Assembly: GCA_014728035.1 (NCBI GenBank)
Contig: WJMJ01000079.1
Location: 108,827-172,826, forward strand
Origin: Promethearchaeota archaeon
GTDB taxonomy: Archaea; Asgardarchaeota; Thorarchaeia; Thorarchaeales; Thorarchaeaceae
Length of the DNA stretch: 64,000 bases
Direction of reading: 5' to 3'
The notes below the pieces were generated by a model, which worked only from the letters and a program-made list of their open reading frames with translations, had not been told where the DNA came from and ran no database searches. The stretch's first letter is position 1; each line of letters starts with the position of its first letter. The position numbers were made by a program, and so were the translations under genes. Positions 1-8,490 of the stretch are shown here, piece after piece.

Positions 1-279
1 AAAGAAATTCTGTATAATTACCATAAACACTACTGAAGCTTGAAACGTAAAATGAAACATTGACCACATGATAACAAGAAATATTGGGATTCCAAGGTAT
101 TTATGGAGAAAAACTTTGTCCAACATATCACTTAGTGTCCATTTACCTTCTCCTGGTTGATATGTTTCACATAAGATATCCCCAATAATCCTGTATCTTT
201 CATCTGCCAAGATTATTTGATTATCCGAATCATCAATGAATTCTTCTTCAAGTTGTATCGTCTGATCGGAACCACTCAT
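1..279 (-). CDS. feoB: FeoB membrane (transporter) portion encoded as a separate ORF; runs off the window edge
   Basis: Not in the ORF track. Manual translation from ATG at 279 gives MSGSDQTIQLEEEF...ILADERYRIIGDIL...WTLSDMLDKVFLHKYLGIPIFLVIMWSMFHFTF, the FeoB 'D.RY...T.SD.LD.v.lh..lGipIF' region. ATGA overlap with the upstream stop and a GAGGTG SD. Confidence 0.88.
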   Translation of the reverse strand, partial: MSGSDQTIQLEEEFIDDSDNQIILADERYRIIGDILCETYQPGEGKWTLSDMLDKVFLHKYLGIPIFLVIMWSMFHFTFQASVVFMVIIQNFF

Positions 280-1085
280 AGCACCACCTCAAGAAGGCGA
301 TTCTTTAGTGCAGGGTCTTGAATCATAGAAAGAATATCTGGATCTCGTTCGAGAATTCTTAAGGCGAGCCACCTTGGTGGGAATCTATCTAAAATACTCC
401 TTTCTTCTTCCTCCAACATCGCAACTATTCTTTTGAGTTGTCTTTCTATCGATCGGTCATATTTGATTGCAGGTGGTCTAAGGCGTTCATATTCTCCATG
501 ATGATGGAATCGAGGATGGTAATGTAAGTGGTCATCGGGCTCATCCTCTCCCGGCGGATGCATAATTCCAGACCCGTCACGTTCTAAAACTTCCACAGGA
601 ACTGCTCGAAGAATTTCTTCCTTGAGCTCTTCCATTCCTTTCTTTTTTGTAGCAGTGGTTGATACAATTGGAGCTCTTAGGATTTCGGAGAGTTTATCTG
701 TGTCAATTCTATCTCCTTTTGCTCTCACCACATCTTGCATGTTTAATACAATAATCAGGTTCAGTTGATACTCTATCAATAATAATGTGAGATACAAGTT
801 TCTTTCAAGCTGCCCCGCATTTACAATATCCACCACTATATCTGGTCTGTGGTCTATTAGATACTCTCGTGCCACACGTTCATCATCTGAAAGTGCATTT
901 AGGCTATACACTCCGGGAAGGTCAACAACCTCGAACTCATATCCTTTGTAAGTATAATATCCTTCTTTTTTCTCAACCGTCTTTCCCGGCCAATTTCCTG
1001 TGTGCTGTCTTGAACCAGTTAAGTTATTGAAAATTACAGACTTCCCAACATTAGGATTGCCAATAAGTGCCACTTTAATTTTCAA
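276..1085 (-). CDS. feoB: FeoB N-terminal GTPase/GDI domain protein with His-rich insertion
   Basis: G1 GNPNVGKS, GNWPGKTVE, G3 DLPG, LERNLYL, G4 NMQD, 'PRWLALRILERD' GDI region; no TM helices. Confidence 0.93.
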   Translation of the reverse strand: MKIKVALIGNPNVGKSVIFNNLTGSRQHTGNWPGKTVEKKEGYYTYKGYEFEVVDLPGVYSLNALSDDERVAREYLIDHRPDIVVDIVNAGQLERNLYLTLLLIEYQLNLIIVLNMQDVVRAKGDRIDTDKLSEILRAPIVSTTATKKKGMEELKEEILRAVPVEVLERDGSGIMHPPGEDEPDDHLHYHPRFHHHGEYERLRPPAIKYDRSIERQLKRIVAMLEEEERSILDRFPPRWLALRILERDPDILSMIQDPALKNRLLEVVL

Positions 1086-1091
1086 GAATCT

Positions 1092-1457
1092 TCACCCCAC
1101 TTCCTTCACTAATAGACGCCTTGCAAGTCTTTGACCTAGTGCAATACGTGTTCCTCTAACTTCCACCAAGACTGGGCCTCTCGATCCTCCACTTATTACT
1201 TCAAATGAACATCCCTTGGTTAGTCCCAAATCAAGTAACCTCTGCATCATTTGACGGTCTTCTTGATCCAGATTGCTTTTGTGAGGACAATCTTTTTCTC
1301 TATGATGTTTTCTACCAATTCTTCTTTTTCTGCGATGATGACGAAATGGATGTCTTCTTCCTGGCCGATTCATTATACCCACTAACTGACATTTTTTTCC
1401 AGCTTGAATTTGACTTAATGGTGTACTTTGTGGTTTTGTTGTCCCTTTTTGATCCAT
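1092..1457 (-). CDS. feoA: FeoA ferrous iron transport protein with Arg/His-rich insertion
   Basis: RLLDLGLTKG...GPVLVEVRGTRIALGQRLARRLLV FeoA signature; directly upstream of feoB. Confidence 0.9.
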   Translation of the reverse strand: MDQKGTTKPQSTPLSQIQAGKKCQLVGIMNRPGRRHPFRHHRRKRRIGRKHHREKDCPHKSNLDQEDRQMMQRLLDLGLTKGCSFEVISGGSRGPVLVEVRGTRIALGQRLARRLLVKEVG

Positions 1458-1501
1458 CTCGAGACCTCCCTTTTTGGACTTGCGTGTGACTGACGCAAAA
1501 A

Positions 1502-1537
1502 GTTAGTCTTGTCTAACATTTGTTAGCTTTGTCTAAC
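1502..1537. promoter_or_regulatory. Tandem DtxR/SirR-type metal-repressor boxes upstream of feoAB
   Basis: GTTAGTCTTGTCTAAC (1502-1517) and GTTAGCTTTGTCTAAC (1522-1537), both GTTAG-N6-CTAAC palindromes, between a TATA-like TTATAAG (about 1538-1544) and feoA. Confidence 0.7.
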
Positions 1538-1674
1538 TTATAAGACTTGTTGCTTAGGCCAAGACCTTGATGCAGTACTGAATGTGAATTTAGGTGAGGT
1601 AGTCGTCATCTCATAAACAGACCAAACCGCAATTGTTACATATTCCCTGTTGTTCTGTTAAGGTAGGGAAAAGA

Positions 1675-3072
1675 ATGTCATACCATAAAACACCACTAAA
1701 GTATGGCAGTGTAGAGATTGATGAGTTCATTCCATCAAGCCTCACTGATGTAACCGTTTTGAAAATTGGTGAATTCAAGCCAGACTTCAATGATTTCATT
1801 ACAAAGCTGAACGAAGTCTTGGATAATCCAATTGACTCGAAGCCTTTTGACGAATTAGTCGCTGAAGTATACGAAAAAGGCAATACAATAATGATTATTG
1901 TAGACGATAACACTAGGCCAAATGTCCACACCCGAGCAATAATCCCTGTTTTGATGGAACGCCTTCTCTCGCTCGGTGTTGAAAAGGACGATATCAAAAT
2001 CATTGTTGCGAGTGGTTCTCATAAACCTCCAACACAAGACCAGATTCGTTCAAAGATTCTTGGTGATGATATCTACAATCGTTGGAAAGATAATGTGTTG
2101 ATCCATAGTTGCGATGAAGGAAATCTTGAGTTCGGAAAAACCAAAATGGGTACTCCTATTCACATTGACAAACGCGTGCTCGATGCAAGTTTGGTTATTC
2201 CCCTTAGTGATAGTGAATATCATTATTTTGCAGGACAAGCTGGCACCGTGAAATTATTTTGTCCTGGTGTGGCAGGTAGAGAAACTATACGTGTAAACCA
2301 TCCTAGAATGTTTGACCTTGAAAAGGGGTTTGTTGAGGGCTGTAGACTTGGGAATACAGATGGAAATCCTGTCATTCAGGACATGATTGAGATTGCTTCT
2401 CTAGTAAAAGAAGAACTACCTATGTTCTGCATTGACACAATCGTACACCATGGGGATATCGTCTACGTTCAGGCTGGAGACCTCATCTCCTGTCATGAAG
2501 CAGCTACAGAACCACTCAGAGAACTGCGTGTCGTTGATGTCGAAGAACCAGGTGACTTAGTATTCGTATCAGTTGGTGAATTAGGACTCAATCTATATCA
2601 AGCAGGAAAGGGAGTACATGCAGCTTGGAATGCGGTTCGTCATGACTTGAAAGGATGGATTGTCTTACTTGCTCCCTGTGAAGATGGAATTGGTAGTGCA
2701 GCTTACGCTGAGGCTATGGAAGCTGCAAAGGATATGATGGTGCGAGATGCCCTCCGATTTGTAATTAAGACATATGGTTCTGAGGAAGCCTTCAAAATTG
2801 GTAATCAAAAACCCCCAGACCTATTCAGAATTCTACTTGATGTGGCAGAGAAGAATATCAAAGTTGTCACTCAACTCAGTCCGGAAGAACTTGAGATCTA
2901 TAGAATGGAGGCATGCAATCCTAATTCTCCTGATGATAGCCAACGAGTTCTTAGAGAATTAGTCCAGCGATATATCGAAGAATCGGGAATTTCTGATCCA
3001 AAAATCTATGTTCTTGACGACCCGGGTCTTCTAATTAATGTCGAGAAACAAAAAGAGATAATAAACGTGTAA
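1675..3072 (+). CDS. LarA-family nickel-pincer-dependent racemase/epimerase (DUF2088)
   Basis: DDNTRP, VASGSH, HYFAGQAGTVKLFCPGVA, NLYQAGKG and LLAPCEDGIG motifs; ATG at 1675 preferred over TTG at 1633. Confidence 0.85.
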   Translation: MSYHKTPLKYGSVEIDEFIPSSLTDVTVLKIGEFKPDFNDFITKLNEVLDNPIDSKPFDELVAEVYEKGNTIMIIVDDNTRPNVHTRAIIPVLMERLLSLGVEKDDIKIIVASGSHKPPTQDQIRSKILGDDIYNRWKDNVLIHSCDEGNLEFGKTKMGTPIHIDKRVLDASLVIPLSDSEYHYFAGQAGTVKLFCPGVAGRETIRVNHPRMFDLEKGFVEGCRLGNTDGNPVIQDMIEIASLVKEELPMFCIDTIVHHGDIVYVQAGDLISCHEAATEPLRELRVVDVEEPGDLVFVSVGELGLNLYQAGKGVHAAWNAVRHDLKGWIVLLAPCEDGIGSAAYAEAMEAAKDMMVRDALRFVIKTYGSEEAFKIGNQKPPDLFRILLDVAEKNIKVVTQLSPEELEIYRMEACNPNSPDDSQRVLRELVQRYIEESGISDPKIYVLDDPGLLINVEKQKEIINV

Positions 3073-3092
3073 GTGGGCTATTACCCACCTAC
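3069..3092. terminator. Stem-loop between convergent larA-like gene and cysS
   Basis: GTGGG-CTATTA-CCCAC with flanking GTA/TAC. Confidence 0.45.
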
Positions 3093-3097
3093 CTCTC

Positions 3098-4534
3098 TTA
3101 TTTTATTTTCCATGTTGGTCCATCTTTTGTATCGTTAATTGTGACACCAAGCTCACCAAGTTGGTCTCGTATCATATCTGCAGTATCCCAATCTTTGGAT
3201 TCTCTAGCTTTTTCACGTAATTCGAGAAGCAACTCGATTGTCCCTTTTAATAGCTCCTTTGACTCGGATTTGTCAGCACCAGTACTCGTTTCACTGAGAT
3301 CAATTCCTAGAATGTTTACTAGTGAAATCATTGTTGCAAGAGCTTTTCGAACCACAACAGGTTTGCTTATCTTTGAGGTGTGGGTATTGACCACCTTAAT
3401 GAACGTGAAAAGTTCAGCCAGAGCTCCTGGTGTGTTGAAATCATCGTTCATCTCTCGTTCAAATCCCTCTCTAAGTGTATCTATTGCTTCTGACAGAATT
3501 GAGTCCGATTCGGTAGAATCCACCTGCCCTCTCTCCAAAATCAAAAGACGGCCGCGGAGTGTATCTACAGCATTCCTAATCCTCTCAACGGTTTGAGTCG
3601 CCTGATTCAAGGCATCTGTATTATAGTCAAGTGGTTGGCGATAATGTCCTGATACTAGGAATAGACGGACAGCTTGATGGTCGAAATTATCCAGAACCTC
3701 TCGAGCTGTGAAGAAGTTTCCCTCGGACTTGGACATTTTATCTTTATCAATTGTAAGAAATCCATTGTGTAACCAATATTTTACCGGGGTTTCTACACCG
3801 TATGCTCCTGCACTTTGAGCTATCTCGTTCTCATGATGAGGAAAGATCAGGTCTTGTCCACCTCCGTGTATGTCAAATGGAACTCCTAGGAAATGCTTTC
3901 CCATGGCTGAACATTCAGCATGCCACCCTGGCCTACCTTTTCCCCATGGGCTTTCCCAAGATGGTTCTCCTGGCTTCTCAGCTTTCCAAAGTGCAAAGTC
4001 TCGTGGATCTTGTTTCTTTGAATCCACCTCAACACGAGCACCAGATGAGAGCTCGTCTGGAGATATCCCTGAAAGAATTCCATAACTCTCATACTCGCTG
4101 ACATCAAAGTAGACATCACCATGTACTGCATATCCAAGTCCATTCTTGATGATCAGTTCAGTCATCTCAATCATATCATCGATATGTTCAGTAGCACGAG
4201 GATTGATGGTAGCAGGTTTCAGGTTTAATTCATTTGCTATCTTTCGGTATTCGGTGATGAATTTTGCAGCCAACTCGGGAACAGATATTCCCTCGCGATT
4301 TGCTCTGTCTATCATTTTGTCATCTACATCCGTGAAGTTTGTAATGTAGGTGACTCTATAACCTGAATATTCTAGATAACGTCGTATTGTATCAAATACC
4401 GCAAATGACCTTGCATTACCAATATGCGGATAATCATACACTGTTGGGCCACACACGTACATTCTTACATGATTTCCTTCCAGTGGCTCGAATTCTTCTT
4501 TCGATCTTGACAGTGTGTTGTATACCTTGAGCAT
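3098..4534 (-). CDS. cysS: Cysteine--tRNA ligase
   Basis: MYVCGPTVYD, HIGN, GRPGWHAECS, DIHGGGQDLIFPHHENE, KMSKS; start MLKVYNTLSR at 4534. Confidence 0.98.
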   Translation of the reverse strand: MLKVYNTLSRSKEEFEPLEGNHVRMYVCGPTVYDYPHIGNARSFAVFDTIRRYLEYSGYRVTYITNFTDVDDKMIDRANREGISVPELAAKFITEYRKIANELNLKPATINPRATEHIDDMIEMTELIIKNGLGYAVHGDVYFDVSEYESYGILSGISPDELSSGARVEVDSKKQDPRDFALWKAEKPGEPSWESPWGKGRPGWHAECSAMGKHFLGVPFDIHGGGQDLIFPHHENEIAQSAGAYGVETPVKYWLHNGFLTIDKDKMSKSEGNFFTAREVLDNFDHQAVRLFLVSGHYRQPLDYNTDALNQATQTVERIRNAVDTLRGRLLILERGQVDSTESDSILSEAIDTLREGFEREMNDDFNTPGALAELFTFIKVVNTHTSKISKPVVVRKALATMISLVNILGIDLSETSTGADKSESKELLKGTIELLLELREKARESKDWDTADMIRDQLGELGVTINDTKDGPTWKIK

Positions 4535-4709
4535 ATCATCTACCCATGTCCTCACAGGATTCTGTGCATAAAAAGGACTCTGCAAATATTGCCTTGATTA
4601 CTACTGTTTCCGGATTATTATTAGATAAATATTAAACCATATATACTAAAACAATATACTTTATATACGTATTATGTATATGTTTTTATTGTAACAAATA
4701 GGTGATATT

Positions 4710-5738
4710 ATGAAGACACTAGCAATAGATTGCATTGACTTGGAAAAGGTCTATGAGTCACGTAAATTACAGGGACTGATTCCTCCAAAATGGAAAACAA
4801 AAAGAGTGACTGCTCTGAATAGCCTCTCTCTACAGGTCAAACGTGGAGAAATTATGGGCTTACTAGGCCCAAACGGAGCGGGTAAAACAACTACCATTCA
4901 GATCTTAGCGGGTTTATTGGTACCTGATAACGGAGATGCTTACATCCATGGAATTAATGCAATAGCTGAACCAGAACGCGTGAAAAGAATTGTTGGTGTT
5001 GTAGCAGGTGGAGATACTCGACAATTATACAACAAGCTCAATGCGAGAGAGAACTTACGGTATTGGGGACATCTACATGGCATGGATGGTCCTTATCTTG
5101 AAGAACGCATTGATTTCCTCCTAGAATTAGTTGGTCTTCAAGATCGACAAGATGACGAGTTTGAGAAATTTAGTCTTGGAATGTCTCAACGGCTTGTTCT
5201 TGCTAGAGGTATGATTCATGACCCTGAGGTACTTCTTCTCGATGAGCCAACTCTTGGGTTGGATCCCAAAGCTAGCAGAGAGATGAGAAGCTTCATCAAA
5301 AAGAAGCTAGTGGAAGAACAGGAGAAAACAATTCTACTCACCACTCATGAAATGCATGTTGCAGAAGAGCTCTCGGATCGGATTGCTATAATCAATCGTG
5401 GGTCAATTGTCGCTCTAGATGAACCTTCAAAATTGCGAGAGATGGTTCCAAATGATTTTCGAATTCAGGTTGATATTAGGAACATAACTCCTCAGATACA
5501 ACAAGCACTTTCATACAATGGTCTAGTTGTTCAAGATCACAAATACCTTGAGCATGAGAATGTAGACCGATTTGTAATCAGTACTGATGATGAAGAGCGA
5601 GCAATCAAACGCGTAATTGATGCAGTTAGACTCTCTGAAGAAGCTCGATTAGTTGGAATAGACCTTAGAGAGGCAACTCTTGAGGATGCGTTTGTTTTTC
5701 TAACAGATGATAATTTGGAGGTTTCAGTCAATGCATAA
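4710..5738 (+). CDS. ABC-2 (DrrA-like) exporter ATP-binding subunit
   Basis: Walker A GPNGAGKTT, signature FSLGM, Walker B LLLDEPT, LTTH. Confidence 0.95.
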   Translation: MKTLAIDCIDLEKVYESRKLQGLIPPKWKTKRVTALNSLSLQVKRGEIMGLLGPNGAGKTTTIQILAGLLVPDNGDAYIHGINAIAEPERVKRIVGVVAGGDTRQLYNKLNARENLRYWGHLHGMDGPYLEERIDFLLELVGLQDRQDDEFEKFSLGMSQRLVLARGMIHDPEVLLLDEPTLGLDPKASREMRSFIKKKLVEEQEKTILLTTHEMHVAEELSDRIAIINRGSIVALDEPSKLREMVPNDFRIQVDIRNITPQIQQALSYNGLVVQDHKYLEHENVDRFVISTDDEERAIKRVIDAVRLSEEARLVGIDLREATLEDAFVFLTDDNLEVSVNA

Positions 5739-5786
5739 CTTGACCAAATTAAAACCTCAAAGATTTATTCGTAGGAGGACGGGTAA

Positions 5787-6614
5787 TTGATTTCACAGAG
5801 AAAAACCGGAATCAGTCATTGGATTCTTATCGCAAAGGGTACATTTGTGAAAGAGATTTTGATTCAGAAGCGATATACTGGGTGGCTAATTCAGAGTTTG
5901 ATTCAACCAATAATTTTCATGGTGCTATTTACTCAGATGGGTGCTGGTTTTGGTATTGGTGTTACCGATTCTGGATTTGATTTTACAAGCTTTCTCATAC
6001 TAGGCTCTGTACTCGTGATGCTTTTATCTCAAATGCTTTGGGGTTCTGGGAATGCTTTGAGAAGTGAGCAGTATCGTGGAACTTTGGAATCTACTCTTAT
6101 GACCCCTACAAAAATGTCTGCTATGCTTACCGGATATTCTTTTGTTGATGTTGTACAGTCTATCTATTTGATTTTCATGGGATTGTTTCTTGGAGTCTTT
6201 GTATTTGGATTTCAGATTCAAATCACAGATCCTGTCGCTTTGATTATTGCACTAGGAACAACAATGTATGGTGTAATGGGATTTGGTTTTATGTTCGCAT
6301 CTGTGACTCTTCTCATGAAGCAGTCAGGTCCTCTCATCAATATAATGCAGCCAATTTTGTATATCTTATGCGGAATATTCTTTCCATTGACTGCACTACC
6401 TCCTGCAGTTCAAGCATTCTCTATGTTAATCCCGCTAACTCAAGGCTTTCTAGCAGTACAAAATGTACTACTTGTTGGTGCTGGGCTTAATACGATCATA
6501 CCTTTGATTTTGGGTGCATTAACAGGTGGGACAATTTTAGCACTTTTCGGCATAGTTATGCTCAGAAGAACTATTGAACACGCAAGGAGAAGAGGTATTA
6601 TAGGTGCGTTTTAG
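5787..6614 (+). CDS. ABC-2 exporter permease
   Basis: About 6 TM helices, 'EQYRGTLESTLMTP' and 'GIFFPLTALP' ABC-2 motifs; follows the ATPase. Confidence 0.9.
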   Translation: MISQRKTGISHWILIAKGTFVKEILIQKRYTGWLIQSLIQPIIFMVLFTQMGAGFGIGVTDSGFDFTSFLILGSVLVMLLSQMLWGSGNALRSEQYRGTLESTLMTPTKMSAMLTGYSFVDVVQSIYLIFMGLFLGVFVFGFQIQITDPVALIIALGTTMYGVMGFGFMFASVTLLMKQSGPLINIMQPILYILCGIFFPLTALPPAVQAFSMLIPLTQGFLAVQNVLLVGAGLNTIIPLILGALTGGTILALFGIVMLRRTIEHARRRGIIGAF

Positions 6615-6648
6615 TGTACTATATAGGATACAACCTCAGGTGAACATC

Positions 6649-7011
6649 GTGACATCGAATGATGAGGAATCTTCAAAGGAGTTTGATAGGATTGAAACCC
6701 TAGAAGAGTTGGCTGATGCATTATCTCTTCTAGGAAATGAGACCCGTCTACGAGTGATTGGTGCCTTGAAAAAGAAGAAGATGTTCATCCAAGAGATAGC
6801 ACAGGAACTCAATCTCTCCTATCCTCTCCTTCATCTTCATCTGAAAAATCTTGAGAAGAACGGTGTTGTAAAATCTGAGTATAGTGTTGGTGAAGATAAA
6901 TCAACAAGATATGTAAAACGATATTTCGAGCTAGTCGACTTCAAGTTTGAAATCACTCCTGAACTTGTAGAAAGACTAGCAACACAATACGAGGCAAAAC
7001 AAAATGAGTAA
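6649..7011 (+). CDS. ArsR-family winged-helix transcriptional regulator
   Basis: LGNETRLRVIGAL...IQEIAQELNLSYPLLHLHLKNLEKNGVV; GTG at 6649 follows an AGGTGA SD (ORF track start 6604). Confidence 0.88.
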   Translation: MTSNDEESSKEFDRIETLEELADALSLLGNETRLRVIGALKKKKMFIQEIAQELNLSYPLLHLHLKNLEKNGVVKSEYSVGEDKSTRYVKRYFELVDFKFEITPELVERLATQYEAKQNE

Positions 7012-7324
7012 TGGATTCAATAAGTGGATAGCTGCCCTTGCAATAATTTTCATGGGCTTTGCATTTCCCGCTGTCTTAGTGTATCTCTCAGCCTTTTACG
7101 CTTTCAATATCTGGTTCACTGCTATTTTTTCATTTCTATCATTAGGTGGAGCTGTCGGAATCATTTCAATTGTGATGGTTGGAACTAATTATATGGGCGG
7201 CAGTGATTCTTCTACAGAAAAGCAAAAGATGCTTAGAGCGCAAATGATTGAAACATTGAAAGAAATGGATGAAGTAATCTTCTATCTCAGCGATATTCGT
7301 GACTTCTTGAAAACGGAGGAGTAA
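7004..7324 (+). CDS. Small two-TM membrane protein with C-terminal amphipathic helix
   Basis: Two hydrophobic segments; overlaps the regulator stop codon. Confidence 0.75.
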   Translation: MSNGFNKWIAALAIIFMGFAFPAVLVYLSAFYAFNIWFTAIFSFLSLGGAVGIISIVMVGTNYMGGSDSSTEKQKMLRAQMIETLKEMDEVIFYLSDIRDFLKTEE

Positions 7325-7326
7325 CC

Positions 7327-7461
7327 TTGGCAGTAAATACTGATTATGAAGAATTGAGTGATAAAGAGCTGATTAAAGAATCTATCCAGAAGATGGGTGA
7401 ATTGAAAAGTATCTTGAGAGAGATTCGCCGCTCATTGGGTCGAATAGAAGGATCTGAATAG
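7327..7461 (+). CDS. 44-aa microprotein (coiled-coil-like)
   Basis: Below the ORF-track cutoff. TTG start after a GGAGGAG SD; MAVNTDYEELSDKELIKESIQKMGELKSILREIRRSLGRIEGSE. Confidence 0.6.
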   Translation: MAVNTDYEELSDKELIKESIQKMGELKSILREIRRSLGRIEGSE

Positions 7462-7526
7462 TCGGAGTTGGTTGTATAACCGTTGCAATTGAGATTAGCC
7501 CAGCTAGCTCGTTTAGTGAGTTTGAA

Positions 7527-8459
7527 ATGATATGGCACAAGTCAATGCAGCATCTTTCTTGGTACTTGGATCCGAATCCAATGGACTACGATATGAAAGA
7601 AGAAATAACAGAATTAGCAGAGAGTTTTTCATCAAATAAACATTATTTTCTGATTGCCAAATCTAAAGGTGAGTCGGTTGGATGTATCACTTTTGAAACT
7701 CGTGATAAATTAGCCCGATTGGGAATAACCATGCCAGGTGTACCATTAAACAAGCGAGGAACAATGATTGGGAATAAGTTACTCAATGAATGCATTTCTA
7801 TTCTAAAATCAAAATCAATTTCCGTTCTCAATTGTACATACAAATATAGAACCAAGGAAGAAATTCAATGGCATCTTGACCTGGTTAAATCTCTGGGTTT
7901 TGTTTCTCAACCTGAGGGGACTCAATTAATGCGATCTGTTGCTGAAAGCAACAACACAGCTGATGATTCAAGCAACCAATTCAAGATTCTACATCGCGAA
8001 GATGTATCTCCTCAGTCACTTGCTGAATTAACTTATCAGTCTTTTTTGGGGACAGTCCAAGATCGAGCAATCCACGAAAATACTATGCCCATGACATTAG
8101 ATGGGATTCTGCAATCACATAATAGAATTGCATCAAATTCAATTTTCTTCTCTCCTGCAAATTTATGGTATATTGCTCAAGTAGATGATGATTTAGCAGG
8201 AGTGTTGATTGGTGGAGATATTGGGAAAAGAAATGATTACCGGATAGGAATAATTGGCGAGCTCTGCGTTAGTCCTTCTTTTCGTAGGAGAGGAATTGCA
8301 AGCAAACTAATCTCTAAGTTTCTTTCAGATTCACAGAAGATGAATTTTGACTATGTTTTCGTTGGAACTCCTAGTAGAAATATCCCTGGAATTAGATTAT
8401 ATGAAAAACATGGTTTCACTCCAACTAATTATACAATTAATCTTTCATTAGCTCTCTAG
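7527..8459 (+). CDS. Tandem GNAT-family N-acetyltransferase
   Basis: C-terminal LCVSPSFRRRGIASKL and NIPGIRLYEKHGF; degenerate N-terminal GNAT (VPLNKRGTMIG). Confidence 0.85.
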   Translation: MIWHKSMQHLSWYLDPNPMDYDMKEEITELAESFSSNKHYFLIAKSKGESVGCITFETRDKLARLGITMPGVPLNKRGTMIGNKLLNECISILKSKSISVLNCTYKYRTKEEIQWHLDLVKSLGFVSQPEGTQLMRSVAESNNTADDSSNQFKILHREDVSPQSLAELTYQSFLGTVQDRAIHENTMPMTLDGILQSHNRIASNSIFFSPANLWYIAQVDDDLAGVLIGGDIGKRNDYRIGIIGELCVSPSFRRRGIASKLISKFLSDSQKMNFDYVFVGTPSRNIPGIRLYEKHGFTPTNYTINLSLAL

Positions 8460-8490
8460 AATGATTCTTTCCATTGTTGAGTCGATCTAT

